Source: Candidatus Jacksonbacteria bacterium RIFCSPLOWO2_02_FULL_44_20 (GTDB lineage: Bacteria > Patescibacteriota > Patescibacteriia > UBA9629). Taken from it: 64,000 bases of DNA. Made by a program: the position numbers and the translations under genes. Of this stretch, positions 39,669 to 50,633 are shown piece by piece (position 1 is the stretch's first letter; every line of letters begins with the position of its first letter). The notes beneath the pieces are model-generated. The model ran no database searches. It worked only from the letters and a program-made list of their open reading frames with translations, and was not told the origin of the DNA. The stretch is from NCBI GenBank assembly GCA_001818155.1, contig MHJU01000036.1:3615-67614 (forward strand). Reading direction: 5' to 3'.

Positions 39669-39974
39669 TTAAGTATCTGCAACCACTCCTCCGGCAAACG
39701 CCATGCTCTCCTTTTTATATTTCACGACGTTATCCAGCACAATCATTTTTTCCTCGCTTATAGATACCACCTGTTTGTGGTGAATAATAAACCCATCGGA
39801 AAATATGCCGCCTTCCTGCCTACCGAGCAGGCTGGCAAGAAGAGTTGGTTTGATGTTATATGATCGAACTTCCTGTATATCTATATCTATATTAAACGAC
39901 TGCACGCGTCCAAGATAGGTTCCGTTTTGGGTTTCAACTTTAAGACCAATCAATTTTTCAGAGTTGATAAGCAT
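39669..39974 (-). CDS. PRC-barrel domain protein
   Basis: KLIGLKVETQNGTYLGRVQSFNID..., a PRC-barrel-like beta-rich small protein. Confidence 0.4.
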   Translation of the reverse strand: MLINSEKLIGLKVETQNGTYLGRVQSFNIDIDIQEVRSYNIKPTLLASLLGRQEGGIFSDGFIIHHKQVVSISEEKMIVLDNVVKYKKESMAFAGGVVADT

Positions 39975-41083
39975 TATTGTCTGATTGGCATTACTATGTA
40001 GATAAACTCCTCTCCCTCGTTTTCTTCCAAAGGTTTCAAAAGAACCGGCGCAGATGGGGATGACGCGAGTAGCGCTATTTCCGGCGCGTCAATTGCTGTC
40101 AACCCATCAAGGAGATACCGATAGTCAAAAGCGATTGTGAGCTCTCCCTCTCCTTCAATATGCGGATAAAGTTCCGTTTGTTCTTCGCCAATTATTGTTC
40201 TTGAAGCAATTTTCATACCCTTTCCTGATACGATTGTCAGCGTGACGTTATTTGATCCGACTGACGCAAAAAGTCCGGAGATCCGCACTGCATTGATGAA
40301 TTCTTCACGGTTTATAATGCATTTTATTGTGTGAGACGTGGGGATAATCTGTTGATAATTCGGATAATTTCCGTCAACAAGCCTGGAGACAATCTCATTT
40401 GATCCATAAACAATGAGCGCTTGGTTTTCAGAATGGTAAAGAATAACTTTTTCTTCCGTAGCTTCAAGAGATCGTAGAAATTCTTTTGCGGTTTTCAAAG
40501 GAAGAATGAACTGGGCTGTGAACAAAGCCGGGTCTACGAGAGGAGCTTTTTTTTCAGCAAGCCTGTAACTGTCAGTTCCTACAAGCGTGATTGTTTTATC
40601 ATTGATTGAAACATATACGCCGTGAAGTTCAGGCCTTGTGTCATCAAAAGAAACTGCCGGCAGAATTTGTGAAAGAGCTTTTTTGAAAATCGGAAGAGAA
40701 ATTACGCATTCTTTATCTTTTTGGATCCCTGGAATTACCGGAAAATCATCGCTTGATAAACCGTTTATCTTGGTTTTATGAGCTCCGCCTAAAACAGTGA
40801 CGTTCTTTCCGTCGCTTTGGACTTCAACTTTATCGCGAGGGAGAAGGCTCACAAAACTTGAAAGAAGTTTTGCCTCAACTGTAATAGATCCTTCTTTATC
40901 AACCTTTCCTCTGACAATTGATGTAATTCCAACCTCAAGATCAGTCGCTTTTAGATTGATCGCCCCGTCTTTTGCTTCAATAAGAATATTTTTAAGAATC
41001 GGAAGCGCTGTTGTGTTGCCGCTTATTCCCTGAACGGCCGCTAAACCCTTATGAAGATTTTCTTGTGTGCATGTGAATTTCAT
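39974..41083 (-). CDS. dnaN: DNA polymerase III subunit beta (sliding clamp)
   Basis: MKFTCTQENLHKGLAAVQGISGNTTALPILKNILIEAKDGAINLKATDLEVGI, three-domain length. Confidence 0.85.
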   Translation of the reverse strand: MKFTCTQENLHKGLAAVQGISGNTTALPILKNILIEAKDGAINLKATDLEVGITSIVRGKVDKEGSITVEAKLLSSFVSLLPRDKVEVQSDGKNVTVLGGAHKTKINGLSSDDFPVIPGIQKDKECVISLPIFKKALSQILPAVSFDDTRPELHGVYVSINDKTITLVGTDSYRLAEKKAPLVDPALFTAQFILPLKTAKEFLRSLEATEEKVILYHSENQALIVYGSNEIVSRLVDGNYPNYQQIIPTSHTIKCIINREEFINAVRISGLFASVGSNNVTLTIVSGKGMKIASRTIIGEEQTELYPHIEGEGELTIAFDYRYLLDGLTAIDAPEIALLASSPSAPVLLKPLEENEGEEFIYIVMPIRQ

Positions 41084-41251
41084 ATTACGTATATATTTAA
41101 TTAAATATATTATATTCTTCCTCTTATGGCTCGCGTTTTTGTTGAAAAGTCGTTATTTCCTTAAAATAACACTGTTATTTCTTTGAAAACATGTTGATAT
41201 TTGTGTTAGGTTTAAGTGAATATCTCGTGGAAAATTTATTCTCACAACATA

Positions 41252-41638
41252 TCAACATTTAATTCTATGTTTTTCTGTTAATAACTCCACGTCATTTTGT
41301 ATTATTTTTGAAAGTTCGTTTAACGTGCTTATTTTTTTTGGTTTTCGTATAAATTTGTCTATTGTAACGTTTATTTCCTCCTCGTCGTGTATTGTCGGTA
41401 GAACGTTGCGCATTCCGAAAAGTAAAAGATGAACCTCAAGCGTTAGTCCCATCTTTTCCACAATTGTTTTTGGCCCATAATACAGAGCTCCTTGAAATTT
41501 CTGTTTTTGTATCACTACCGTACACTTATGCACTCCTTGACGCAAATTAAAGGTTTTAGGAATTAAAAGATTGATTGTCGGAAATCCAATTATACTCCCT
41601 AATCCAGATCCTTTTATAGATGTAGAGGAAAAACGCAT
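41252..41638 (-). CDS. Riboflavin kinase domain protein (RibF C-terminal-domain-like, stand-alone).
   Basis: GFPTINLL, GVH...YYG, and LEVHLLLFGMR, compared with the RibF flavokinase motifs GFPTANL, GVY..NIG and LEVHLLDF. Confidence 0.55.
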   Translation of the reverse strand: MRFSSTSIKGSGLGSIIGFPTINLLIPKTFNLRQGVHKCTVVIQKQKFQGALYYGPKTIVEKMGLTLEVHLLLFGMRNVLPTIHDEEEINVTIDKFIRKPKKISTLNELSKIIQNDVELLTEKHRIKC

Positions 41639-41639
41639 A

Positions 41640-42023
41640 TCAGCTCGCGTACCGTTTGAGTTTCAACTCCTTTTGCCACTTTTCTTTTCTGTCCGGGATT
41701 TTCCTGAACTCTTTATAGAGAACAATAAAAAAGATCGTCCAAAAATTAAAAAACCATATCCATAGCCATAGACGCATAGAAAGATATGGCACCTTCTCTT
41801 TGCGGAAAAAGTAAAGCAGGAGTGAAATGCCGCCGTATAAAAAAAACATTTTTCTGGCTTTGCGAGCCAATTTCCTGAAAAACATCGGAATTTTTGAGCT
41901 GTGCATGAGTAGCGCCGCGCCGATTATGAGAGAGAGCATCGCGGTTACTAAAAAGAAAGCCCCCAATCCTGTAAAGGATTCTGGCTGTATATTGAGAAAA
42001 TAATCTTTCGTCGGCTTAAACAT
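41640..42023 (-). CDS. Hypothetical membrane protein
   Basis: Three hydrophobic segments; no motifs. Confidence 0.35.
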   Translation of the reverse strand: MFKPTKDYFLNIQPESFTGLGAFFLVTAMLSLIIGAALLMHSSKIPMFFRKLARKARKMFFLYGGISLLLYFFRKEKVPYLSMRLWLWIWFFNFWTIFFIVLYKEFRKIPDRKEKWQKELKLKRYAS

Positions 42024-42025
42024 AG

Positions 42026-42583
42026 CTATTTTTTGAATACCATTCCAAAGTGATACTTTCCGGCTGAAAATTCCTTGATTTTATTGAGTTCCATATCGTA
42101 ACTGATCTGCTTTATTTTTTCAATACTTACGCGCTCGTCAACAGGAGGACCAAAAGGAGCGCTTTCTTTCTTCCAATCAACAATCGCAATGAGTCCGCCC
42201 GGTTTTGCAACTCGCTTTGCCTCCATTAACATTTGTTTATGTTTGCGTGATTGAAAGAGCGTGTTGACTATAAGAACAACATCAACGGAATTGTCCTGAA
42301 TCGGATTTGCGCCAAAAATTTCAAGATTCGTCCATATCAGCTTGATATTTGAGATTGATCGCGCTTTGATTTCAGCTCTGATATGAGAAATCACGGATTT
42401 TTTCACGTCCAAAGCGTATACCGTGCCCTTGCTTCCGACAAGCAGAACCGCGCTAAATGTCATGTAACCGTTCCCGGCGCCAAAGTCAGCAATGATCATT
42501 CCTTCTTCAATGCCGATATCTTTTAAGATTTGATCCGGATTAAAAAATTTTGAAACTTCTATTGTTTGTTCTTGAGAAGTCAT
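42026..42583 (-). CDS. Class I SAM-dependent methyltransferase
   Basis: Motif I IADFGAGNGYMT, a post-I acidic residue (YALDV), and motif IV-like VVLIVNTL. Confidence 0.65.
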   Translation of the reverse strand: MTSQEQTIEVSKFFNPDQILKDIGIEEGMIIADFGAGNGYMTFSAVLLVGSKGTVYALDVKKSVISHIRAEIKARSISNIKLIWTNLEIFGANPIQDNSVDVVLIVNTLFQSRKHKQMLMEAKRVAKPGGLIAIVDWKKESAPFGPPVDERVSIEKIKQISYDMELNKIKEFSAGKYHFGMVFKK

Positions 42584-42668
42584 ATACGAGTATTATAACA
42601 GAGTTTTTTCATATGGGGCAAGTATTTGATAAAGTACGCGACTTTAGGGTATACTATAAACGTTTTGT

Positions 42669-44864
42669 ATGTCCAAACGAAAAAAACATCTGAAAGAGGA
42701 AGGAAACGAAAACAGCCGATTTATTCATAAAGACGTGGAGCGCGCTATTTGGATTGTTGTGTTTACAGCGCTCTCTTTTATTATGCTTTTCTCAATCATT
42801 GAAAAAGGCGGAAGAGTCGGCGAATATATTAACAAAGCCTCATTTCTTGTTTTAGGAGTTGGCGCGTGGGTATTTCCGATTGTTCTCTTATTTATTGCCC
42901 TGTTTATTGTTGGAAGCTTTGATCCTAAAGTTCGCGCCGCAAAAATCGTTGCGACAGTTGTGTTTGTTTTGGTTTATTCGGCAATGTTGAATTTGAAACT
43001 TCCCGCTGAAGACATATTTAGTTATCTAAACGACGGACACGGCGGAGGATACATCGGGCTCATTTTTGTCTATCCGCTCCTTAAACTCACAGGATACTGG
43101 GTAACAGTGATTACTCTTGTCGCCTTGGGCACTATTTCTATCCTCCTTATGTTTGGAACAAAGGTGTTCACAATCGGGCGCGCGATTATATGGCTGATTG
43201 TTAAACTTCCTTTTGGCGGCATATTTTCCGGGGTTAAAACAACACTTAAAGACAAACTAAAACGAGAGCCTGAATTTGTTCCGGAGATTGAAACTTCTGC
43301 GCCAGTTATAAAAGTTTCATTGGCAAAGAAAGAAGAGGAAATCACTCCAAAAATAGAGAAACAGCCTTTTTCACGATTTTCTATACAGGAAGAGCCAAAA
43401 GACGCTGGGTTTGAAGAGACGCTTAAGGCTCGTTTCAGGCGAAAGATTGATATTCCGCTTACTTTGCTTGAAAAGCGTGATGGCGTTCCGTCTTCCGGAG
43501 ACATTGCCGCAAACAAAGAGAAAATCAGAAAAGCCCTGGAGAACTTTGGTATTGATGTTGAGATGGGAGGAACCTCAACCGGCCCGACTGTTACGCAGTA
43601 CACTCTGAAACCTAGCGACGGGGTAAAACTTGCGCAAATCACAGCGTTGCATAATGATCTTGCGCTTGCGCTTGCCGCTCATCCGATTCGCATTGAAGCG
43701 CCTATTCCTGGAAAATCAGTTGTTGGAATTGAAGTGCCAAACAGCGTGATTGCAACTGTCGGACTCCGTGAAATTTTGCAAAGCGAGCTCTTTCGTTCCA
43801 GAGCGTCAAATTTAACGCTCTCGCTTGGGAAAGATGTTTCCGGCGCTCCGTATATCGCAGATCTGGAGAGGATGCCGCATCTTTTAATCGCCGGAGCAAC
43901 CGGTTCAGGAAAGTCTGTTGCAATTAACTCGCTTGTTATAAGTTTGCTTTATCAAAATTCGCCGGACGATCTGAAGTTTATTCTTGTTGATCCGAAACGC
44001 GTGGAACTTACTGTGTACAACAACATACCGCATCTTCTTACACCGGTTATTACTGACGCGAAAAAGACTATCAATTCGCTCCGATGGGCTGTATCGGAAA
44101 TGGATCGGCGATTTGATATTCTTGCCGCGGCAACTGCGCGAAACATAGAGGCGTACAATCGCGCTTCCGAGGACAGAATTCCATATATTGTTATTGTTAT
44201 TGATGAACTTGCGGACTTAATGAGCGTTGCGGCAAAAGAGGTTGAGGCTTTAATTGTGCGGCTCGCGCAAATGTCGCGGGCTGTGGGGATTCATCTTGTG
44301 CTTGCGACACAAAGGCCGTCTGTGAATGTCATTACCGGGCTCATTAAGGCAAACATCACAGCTCGTATTGCCTTTACTGTTGCAAGCCAAACCGACTCGC
44401 GCACTATTTTGGACTGCTCGGGCGCGGAGAAACTGCTCGGGCGCGGCGACATGCTTTTTATCACCACTGATCTTTCAAAACCAAAACGTCTGCAGGGCGC
44501 TTTTATTGATGATAAAGAAATTAAATCAGTGGCTAATTTTTTGAAGGATCAGGCAGAGCCGGATTATCTTGCCGAAGTTACGGAAAAAAAGGATGGAGTT
44601 TCTTTTGGTGGCGGAGGTGGATTACTTGGCGATGCAGAGGGCGATGAATTTTTAGATGAGGCGCGCGAACTCGTGATACGCGCCGGCAAGGCGTCTGCTT
44701 CATATCTTCAGCGTCATCTGCGGATCGGCTACGCCCGCGCCGCGCGCATTCTTGATTTATTGGAAGCCGAAGGCGTGATCGGGCCCGGAGACGGCGCAAA
44801 GCCGCGCGAGGTGATGGGGAGAGGCGAAGGAGATGAAGAGGGTGGCGGAGAGGCGGAAATATAG
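42669..44864 (+). CDS. ftsK: DNA translocase FtsK/SpoIIIE
   Basis: N-terminal TM helices, Walker A LIAGATGSGKSV, Walker B VIVIDELADL, and a C-terminal gamma-domain wHTH (ASYLQRHLRIGYARAARILDLLEAEGV). Confidence 0.85.
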   Translation: MSKRKKHLKEEGNENSRFIHKDVERAIWIVVFTALSFIMLFSIIEKGGRVGEYINKASFLVLGVGAWVFPIVLLFIALFIVGSFDPKVRAAKIVATVVFVLVYSAMLNLKLPAEDIFSYLNDGHGGGYIGLIFVYPLLKLTGYWVTVITLVALGTISILLMFGTKVFTIGRAIIWLIVKLPFGGIFSGVKTTLKDKLKREPEFVPEIETSAPVIKVSLAKKEEEITPKIEKQPFSRFSIQEEPKDAGFEETLKARFRRKIDIPLTLLEKRDGVPSSGDIAANKEKIRKALENFGIDVEMGGTSTGPTVTQYTLKPSDGVKLAQITALHNDLALALAAHPIRIEAPIPGKSVVGIEVPNSVIATVGLREILQSELFRSRASNLTLSLGKDVSGAPYIADLERMPHLLIAGATGSGKSVAINSLVISLLYQNSPDDLKFILVDPKRVELTVYNNIPHLLTPVITDAKKTINSLRWAVSEMDRRFDILAAATARNIEAYNRASEDRIPYIVIVIDELADLMSVAAKEVEALIVRLAQMSRAVGIHLVLATQRPSVNVITGLIKANITARIAFTVASQTDSRTILDCSGAEKLLGRGDMLFITTDLSKPKRLQGAFIDDKEIKSVANFLKDQAEPDYLAEVTEKKDGVSFGGGGGLLGDAEGDEFLDEARELVIRAGKASASYLQRHLRIGYARAARILDLLEAEGVIGPGDGAKPREVMGRGEGDEEGGGEAEI

Positions 44865-44879
44865 AATTTCATTTTTGGT

Positions 44880-45575
44880 TTACTTACTATTTTCCATTCC
44901 CCATGTTTTTATTCCTTCCAAGCGACATTTTTTCTCTATGCGCACATTGTCTTGTTGTTTCTCGTTTAGAATATGTGTAAAGCGATCTGCGTCCGCTTGG
45001 TTTTGAAATGTAAGAGTTATGCCGTAGATGATGCCGTTTTCATGCCGCCTTCTCTTAAGTGTTATGGTTGCTTCTATTCCGCATAAGATCGCATGGACTG
45101 TTGTGTTTTTTTCTCCATATGGTTTGTCGTAGTGGACAGAGGAAACTTTTGGTTTCCCCAGTAGTGTATAATGAAGTAGCCATGAGGGAAACGCGCGATG
45201 TGTGGAGTCGTACGCCCATCGGCCGATTTCCGATGTGCGCCACGTTGTTTCGTTCAATCGTTCAAAATCAATCTGTCCGATAACGCCTTCTTTTTCGTAT
45301 AAAAGCGAAAATTGATTTTTCTGCGCGGCTTTCATTTCAGTTTCTCTTTGGAAAGGGCCATAATAAATTTCATTGACTAATTTTTCCAGTTGATGTAAGC
45401 GGTTGTAATTGAACTTACCGTCTGCATCAAACGAGTCCGACATATATTGTTTCAAAGGTATCGTAAAAAAGCCGCAGGAGTTTGCATCCATTTCAAAGAT
45501 GCGTTTGGAAATTTCGCACAGGGTGTCTTCGGTTTTTTTTGCGTATAGGTGTTCAAAAGCGTATATTTCTTGCAT
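44880..45575 (-). CDS. Hypothetical protein
   Basis: 231-aa ORF with no recognisable motifs. It is only 9 bp from the divergent ATG at 45585, so the true start may be an internal Met (for example 45491). Confidence 0.35.
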   Translation of the reverse strand: MQEIYAFEHLYAKKTEDTLCEISKRIFEMDANSCGFFTIPLKQYMSDSFDADGKFNYNRLHQLEKLVNEIYYGPFQRETEMKAAQKNQFSLLYEKEGVIGQIDFERLNETTWRTSEIGRWAYDSTHRAFPSWLLHYTLLGKPKVSSVHYDKPYGEKNTTVHAILCGIEATITLKRRRHENGIIYGITLTFQNQADADRFTHILNEKQQDNVRIEKKCRLEGIKTWGMENSK

Positions 45576-45584
45576 AGATCAACA

Positions 45585-46646
45585 ATGAACAATACCATAA
45601 TTTTTTCTCGTGTCAAATTTTTTATCACCACCAAACGCCTCATCGCAATCACACTTTTTTTGCTATGCGCAGTAATTATTTTATTTGCCGCACTGCTCCT
45701 CACTCGCAAAAAATCTTTGCTCATTGATTATCTTCCAAAAGACGCCTCCTTTTGGTTTTGGCAGAAAGGCGGCGGGTATGACGCGCGGGCCACGGAATTT
45801 TTAGAACTTCTAGGATTTGATTCAAAGGCAAGTTCAATTTTGGAAGGTCGGAAACATGATATTGTTATTTATCTTAAAGACGACGAGTGGTATCGGCTGA
45901 CAGCAGATGGTTTGGAAGGTGAGTCAAGCGGAGAGAGCGCTGAATTGTTTCGCGTTCTCACATCTTCTCGCTCCGCAACTATAGTTGGTTCTGTTTCTGC
46001 CGATTATATTGAAAAACATTTCCCGCCAATTTTCTCTCAATCTTTAAATAATTCTCCTTATTATTTTACTCTCTCGCCTGCCTCAAAAACTTTTTCATTT
46101 CAGATAACATCACGCGATAAAATTTTGCAAAATAAAATTGAAACATCCATCAATCTTCCAGATTTTCCATCATCAGTGATTCTCGCATTCCAAACAACGG
46201 AAACAGAATTTCAAAAACAAGGAGCAGAGTACATAAAAAAGCGTCTCACGGAGACTGTGGCGTTTCAGCATCCGGTTATTATTGTCAAAACTTTGCCAGA
46301 CGGTACGGTCAGCAAAGAGCGCGTTGTTGATCCGACACTTTTTTCATGGGTTTCTCGCGAGCCGAATTTTTTTGATCTTGTCGTTGATGACAAGGTTGTT
46401 TTTGCGATGTATGAGGACGAGAAGAGAGTCGTTGTTGCATCTTCAAAACAGGATATTATAGAAGATAATTTGAAAGATACCCGAATCACCAGTTTTTTCT
46501 ATTTGAATTTAGAATCCGTCCCCGGTATAGAATTTGTGGATATTCTGGGGAAAAGTTCTGCATTATCGTGGTTGCAGAAGAATGCTGTAAAGCGTATTAT
46601 TGTGGGAGAACTTGAAACTCATATTAAGGGGGAGTTCGTATTTTAA
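45585..46646 (+). CDS. Hypothetical membrane-anchored protein
   Basis: N-terminal TM segment (LIAITLFLLCAVIILFAALLL); no recognisable domain. The track ORF starts at a GTG at 45549. Confidence 0.4.
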   Translation: MNNTIIFSRVKFFITTKRLIAITLFLLCAVIILFAALLLTRKKSLLIDYLPKDASFWFWQKGGGYDARATEFLELLGFDSKASSILEGRKHDIVIYLKDDEWYRLTADGLEGESSGESAELFRVLTSSRSATIVGSVSADYIEKHFPPIFSQSLNNSPYYFTLSPASKTFSFQITSRDKILQNKIETSINLPDFPSSVILAFQTTETEFQKQGAEYIKKRLTETVAFQHPVIIVKTLPDGTVSKERVVDPTLFSWVSREPNFFDLVVDDKVVFAMYEDEKRVVVASSKQDIIEDNLKDTRITSFFYLNLESVPGIEFVDILGKSSALSWLQKNAVKRIIVGELETHIKGEFVF

Positions 46647-46697
46647 TAAGCAGTGAGCAGGAGCATGTACGCTTCTGCATAATCTGCAGTAGAATTT

Positions 46698-47675
46698 ATG
46701 CCGCAGAAAAATCAAACGCGAATCAACGAAATTTTAAGCTGGTATCCGGCGCTTACCGGAGAGCAGAGCGAAAATCTTCTGAAATTTTTGACTTACGGCA
46801 GAATCGGCGGGAGCGGAAAGTTTGTTATTTTGCCTGTTGACCAAGGGTTTGAGCATGGGCCCGGAAGATCATTTGAGTCTAACCCCGCGATGTATGATCC
46901 TGTAAACCAAGCAGAACTTGCGATCGCGGCCGGATGCAACGCTTATGCGGCTCCTCTTGGCGCTCTTGAGGCCGCGTTTGACGCGACTAAACGCGCCGGC
47001 ATCCCGACTATTCTTAAAATCAACAGCCATGATCTTATGATGCCAGATGATTATGATCCGTATCCGGCGATCACATCATGGGCAGAGGATGCTGTGCGTC
47101 TTGGCTCATCGGCAGTAGGATTTACGATTTATCCAGGGTCAGTTTATGCGCGTCGGATGTATAATGAGCTTCGCGAACTTGTGCGAGACGCGCGAGCGGC
47201 AGGACTAGTTGTTGTTGTTTGGGCTTACGCGCGCGGGAGCGGGCTTATCCCCGCAAGTTCTGAAACAGCATCCAAAGATATAGAAACAGCGGTGGATGTT
47301 ATCGCTTATGGGGTGCAGATTGCGTGTCTTTTGGGCGCGCATATCGTCAAATGTAAAACACCAAAGCCGATTGTAGGAATGAAAGACAGTATTAAGCGTG
47401 GGGTGTATAAAAATGTTTCAACAGGAACAGTTGAGGACTGCATCCGGATTATTATGAAAGCCGGGTTTAATGGACACAGGATCGTTATCAATTCCGGCGG
47501 CGAAGCGCGCGAAACCGGGGCAATTTTGGAAGAGGTGCGCCAGTTGAGTTCCGGCGGGAGCTTTGGGTCAATCGTTGGCAGAAATGCCTTCCAGCGTTCG
47601 CATAATGAAGCGGTTGAATTGTTGCATAAAATTCAGGATGTGTATGCCGGGACTGTGTATAATATACATCCTTGA
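46698..47675 (+). CDS. fbaB: Class I fructose-bisphosphate aldolase (DhnA/FbaB-type)
   Basis: Collinear with E. coli FbaB motifs: LPVDQGFEHGP, ELAIAAGCNA, VGFTIY.GS, VVWAY.RG, IVKCK, INSGG, GRNAFQ, IQDVY. Confidence 0.75.
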   Translation: MPQKNQTRINEILSWYPALTGEQSENLLKFLTYGRIGGSGKFVILPVDQGFEHGPGRSFESNPAMYDPVNQAELAIAAGCNAYAAPLGALEAAFDATKRAGIPTILKINSHDLMMPDDYDPYPAITSWAEDAVRLGSSAVGFTIYPGSVYARRMYNELRELVRDARAAGLVVVVWAYARGSGLIPASSETASKDIETAVDVIAYGVQIACLLGAHIVKCKTPKPIVGMKDSIKRGVYKNVSTGTVEDCIRIIMKAGFNGHRIVINSGGEARETGAILEEVRQLSSGGSFGSIVGRNAFQRSHNEAVELLHKIQDVYAGTVYNIHP

Positions 47676-47823
47676 CAATGTCGCTTAATACAGTATACTG
47701 GATTCCAGTCGTCTACAAAGACGGCTATCTTATTTACTAGTAGAAATAGGTTCTTTGAAAATTGCATATAATCAATACAGCTATCTAAAAGTGATAGTCC
47801 TCAATTTGAAAGTTTTAGTATTT

Positions 47824-49365
<1,542 letters not shown>

Positions 49366-49529
49366 TAAGGAGAAATTCTGTCGACTGTGTTGCTTTGCGA
49401 CACAGGAGGACTATCACTATTAGATGGCTATATTATCAAAATAAAATTCCGTTATGGCGGGATTTTTTGTTTTCACGCAGGGGTTGCGGGGTTCAAGTTT
49501 TTTTGATATTGTCTGTATGCTATTTCGTT

Positions 49530-49605
49530 GCCGACTTAGCTCAGCGGCTAGAGCAACTGTTTTGTAAACAGTAGGTCCGGGGTTCAAATCCCCGAGTCGG
49601 CTCCA
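49530..49605 (+). tRNA. tRNA-Thr(TGT)
   Basis: gccgacttagctcag..., anticodon stem actgt/acagt, loop tttgtaa, encoded CCA. Very similar to E. coli thrU. Confidence 0.8.
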
Positions 49606-49617
49606 GAGGCATAAGAG

Positions 49618-49694
49618 GGGCGCGTAGCTCAGCTGGTTAGAGCACGTCACTGATAATGACGGGGTCGGAAGTTCAAATCTTCCCGCGCCCACCA
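49618..49694 (+). tRNA. tRNA-Ile(GAT)
   Basis: gggcgcgtagctcagctggttagagca, anticodon stem cgtca/tgacg, loop ctgataa, encoded CCA. Confidence 0.85.
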
Positions 49695-49705
49695 TAAAAC
49701 CGTTT

Positions 49706-50449
49706 ATGTTCAAAAATAAAGTAGCCCTCATCACCGGCGCATCGCGCGGCATCGGGCGAGCGTGCGCGCTGAAGTTTGGAAGCGAGGGAGCAAAGGTTGT
49801 GGTGAATTATCATGACTCGCTGACGCAAGCACAGGAGGTGGTGCGGGAGATAGAACATGGTGGAGGAGAGGCAGTTGCTGTCCAAGGAGATGTTTCAAAG
49901 CGACAGGACTGTGAACAACTTGTGGAAAAAACAGTAAAAAAGTTTGGCAGAATTGATATTCTTGTTAATAATGCAGGTATTCACCGCGAATCGCCGATTG
50001 ATATGATCAACGAAGAAGCATGGGATGACGTGATGGCGTGCAATGTGAAGGGAATCTATATGCTGTCGGTATTAGCTGGAAATCAGATGAAAAAACAGGG
50101 CAAAGGGGTAATTGTAAACATTGGCTCGGTTGCGGGAATTTTTCCACGCGATGTTAATACAGCTTATGCGGTATCAAAAGGCGCTGTATGGTCGCTGACC
50201 CGCGCGTTAGCTATATCGCTTGCGCCGGAAATCCGTGTAAACGCGGTTGCGCCTGGTGTTATAGAAACAGATATGTCGCCACTCTGCGATCCTGCAAAAC
50301 GCGAGAAAGTAGCACGATCAAATTTGCGTCGCCGTATTGGACAGCCGGAAGACATTGCGCGCATCGTCGCCTTTCTCGCCTCCGACGAAGCTGATTGGAT
50401 TACCGGGCAGACTGTTGTGGCAGATGGCGGTTCGTCGCTTGTTGTATAA
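49706..50449 (+). CDS. SDR-family oxidoreductase, FabG-like 3-oxoacyl-ACP reductase.
   Basis: TGASRGIGRA, NNAG, and an S...Y...K catalytic triad (YAVSKGA); ends PGVIETDM. Confidence 0.75.
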   Translation: MFKNKVALITGASRGIGRACALKFGSEGAKVVVNYHDSLTQAQEVVREIEHGGGEAVAVQGDVSKRQDCEQLVEKTVKKFGRIDILVNNAGIHRESPIDMINEEAWDDVMACNVKGIYMLSVLAGNQMKKQGKGVIVNIGSVAGIFPRDVNTAYAVSKGAVWSLTRALAISLAPEIRVNAVAPGVIETDMSPLCDPAKREKVARSNLRRRIGQPEDIARIVAFLASDEADWITGQTVVADGGSSLVV

Positions 50450-50480
50450 ATGATCAAGAATAGAGACAAAATAAAACCAC

Positions 50481-50555
50481 GCCGAGGTAGCTCAGTGGTA
50501 GAGCACATGACTGAAAATCATGGTGTCGGCAGTTCGATCCTGCCCCTCGGCACCA
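50481..50555 (+). tRNA. tRNA-Phe(GAA)
   Basis: gccgaggtagctcagtggtagagca, anticodon stem catga/tcatg, loop ctgaaaa, encoded CCA. Confidence 0.85.
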
Positions 50556-50633
50556 TTATGTTGTCAGTGCGAATTATTGATGGTAGAATCAGGAGAGAAA
50601 ATAGAAGTAAAAGTTAAGAAGTAATTTGTTTTT

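Noticed and set aside
47676-47823. A clear sigma70 promoter for the 16S gene
   Set aside because: A TATAAT-like hexamer is present (catataatc), but I found no -35 element at a sensible spacing, so I left it unannotated.
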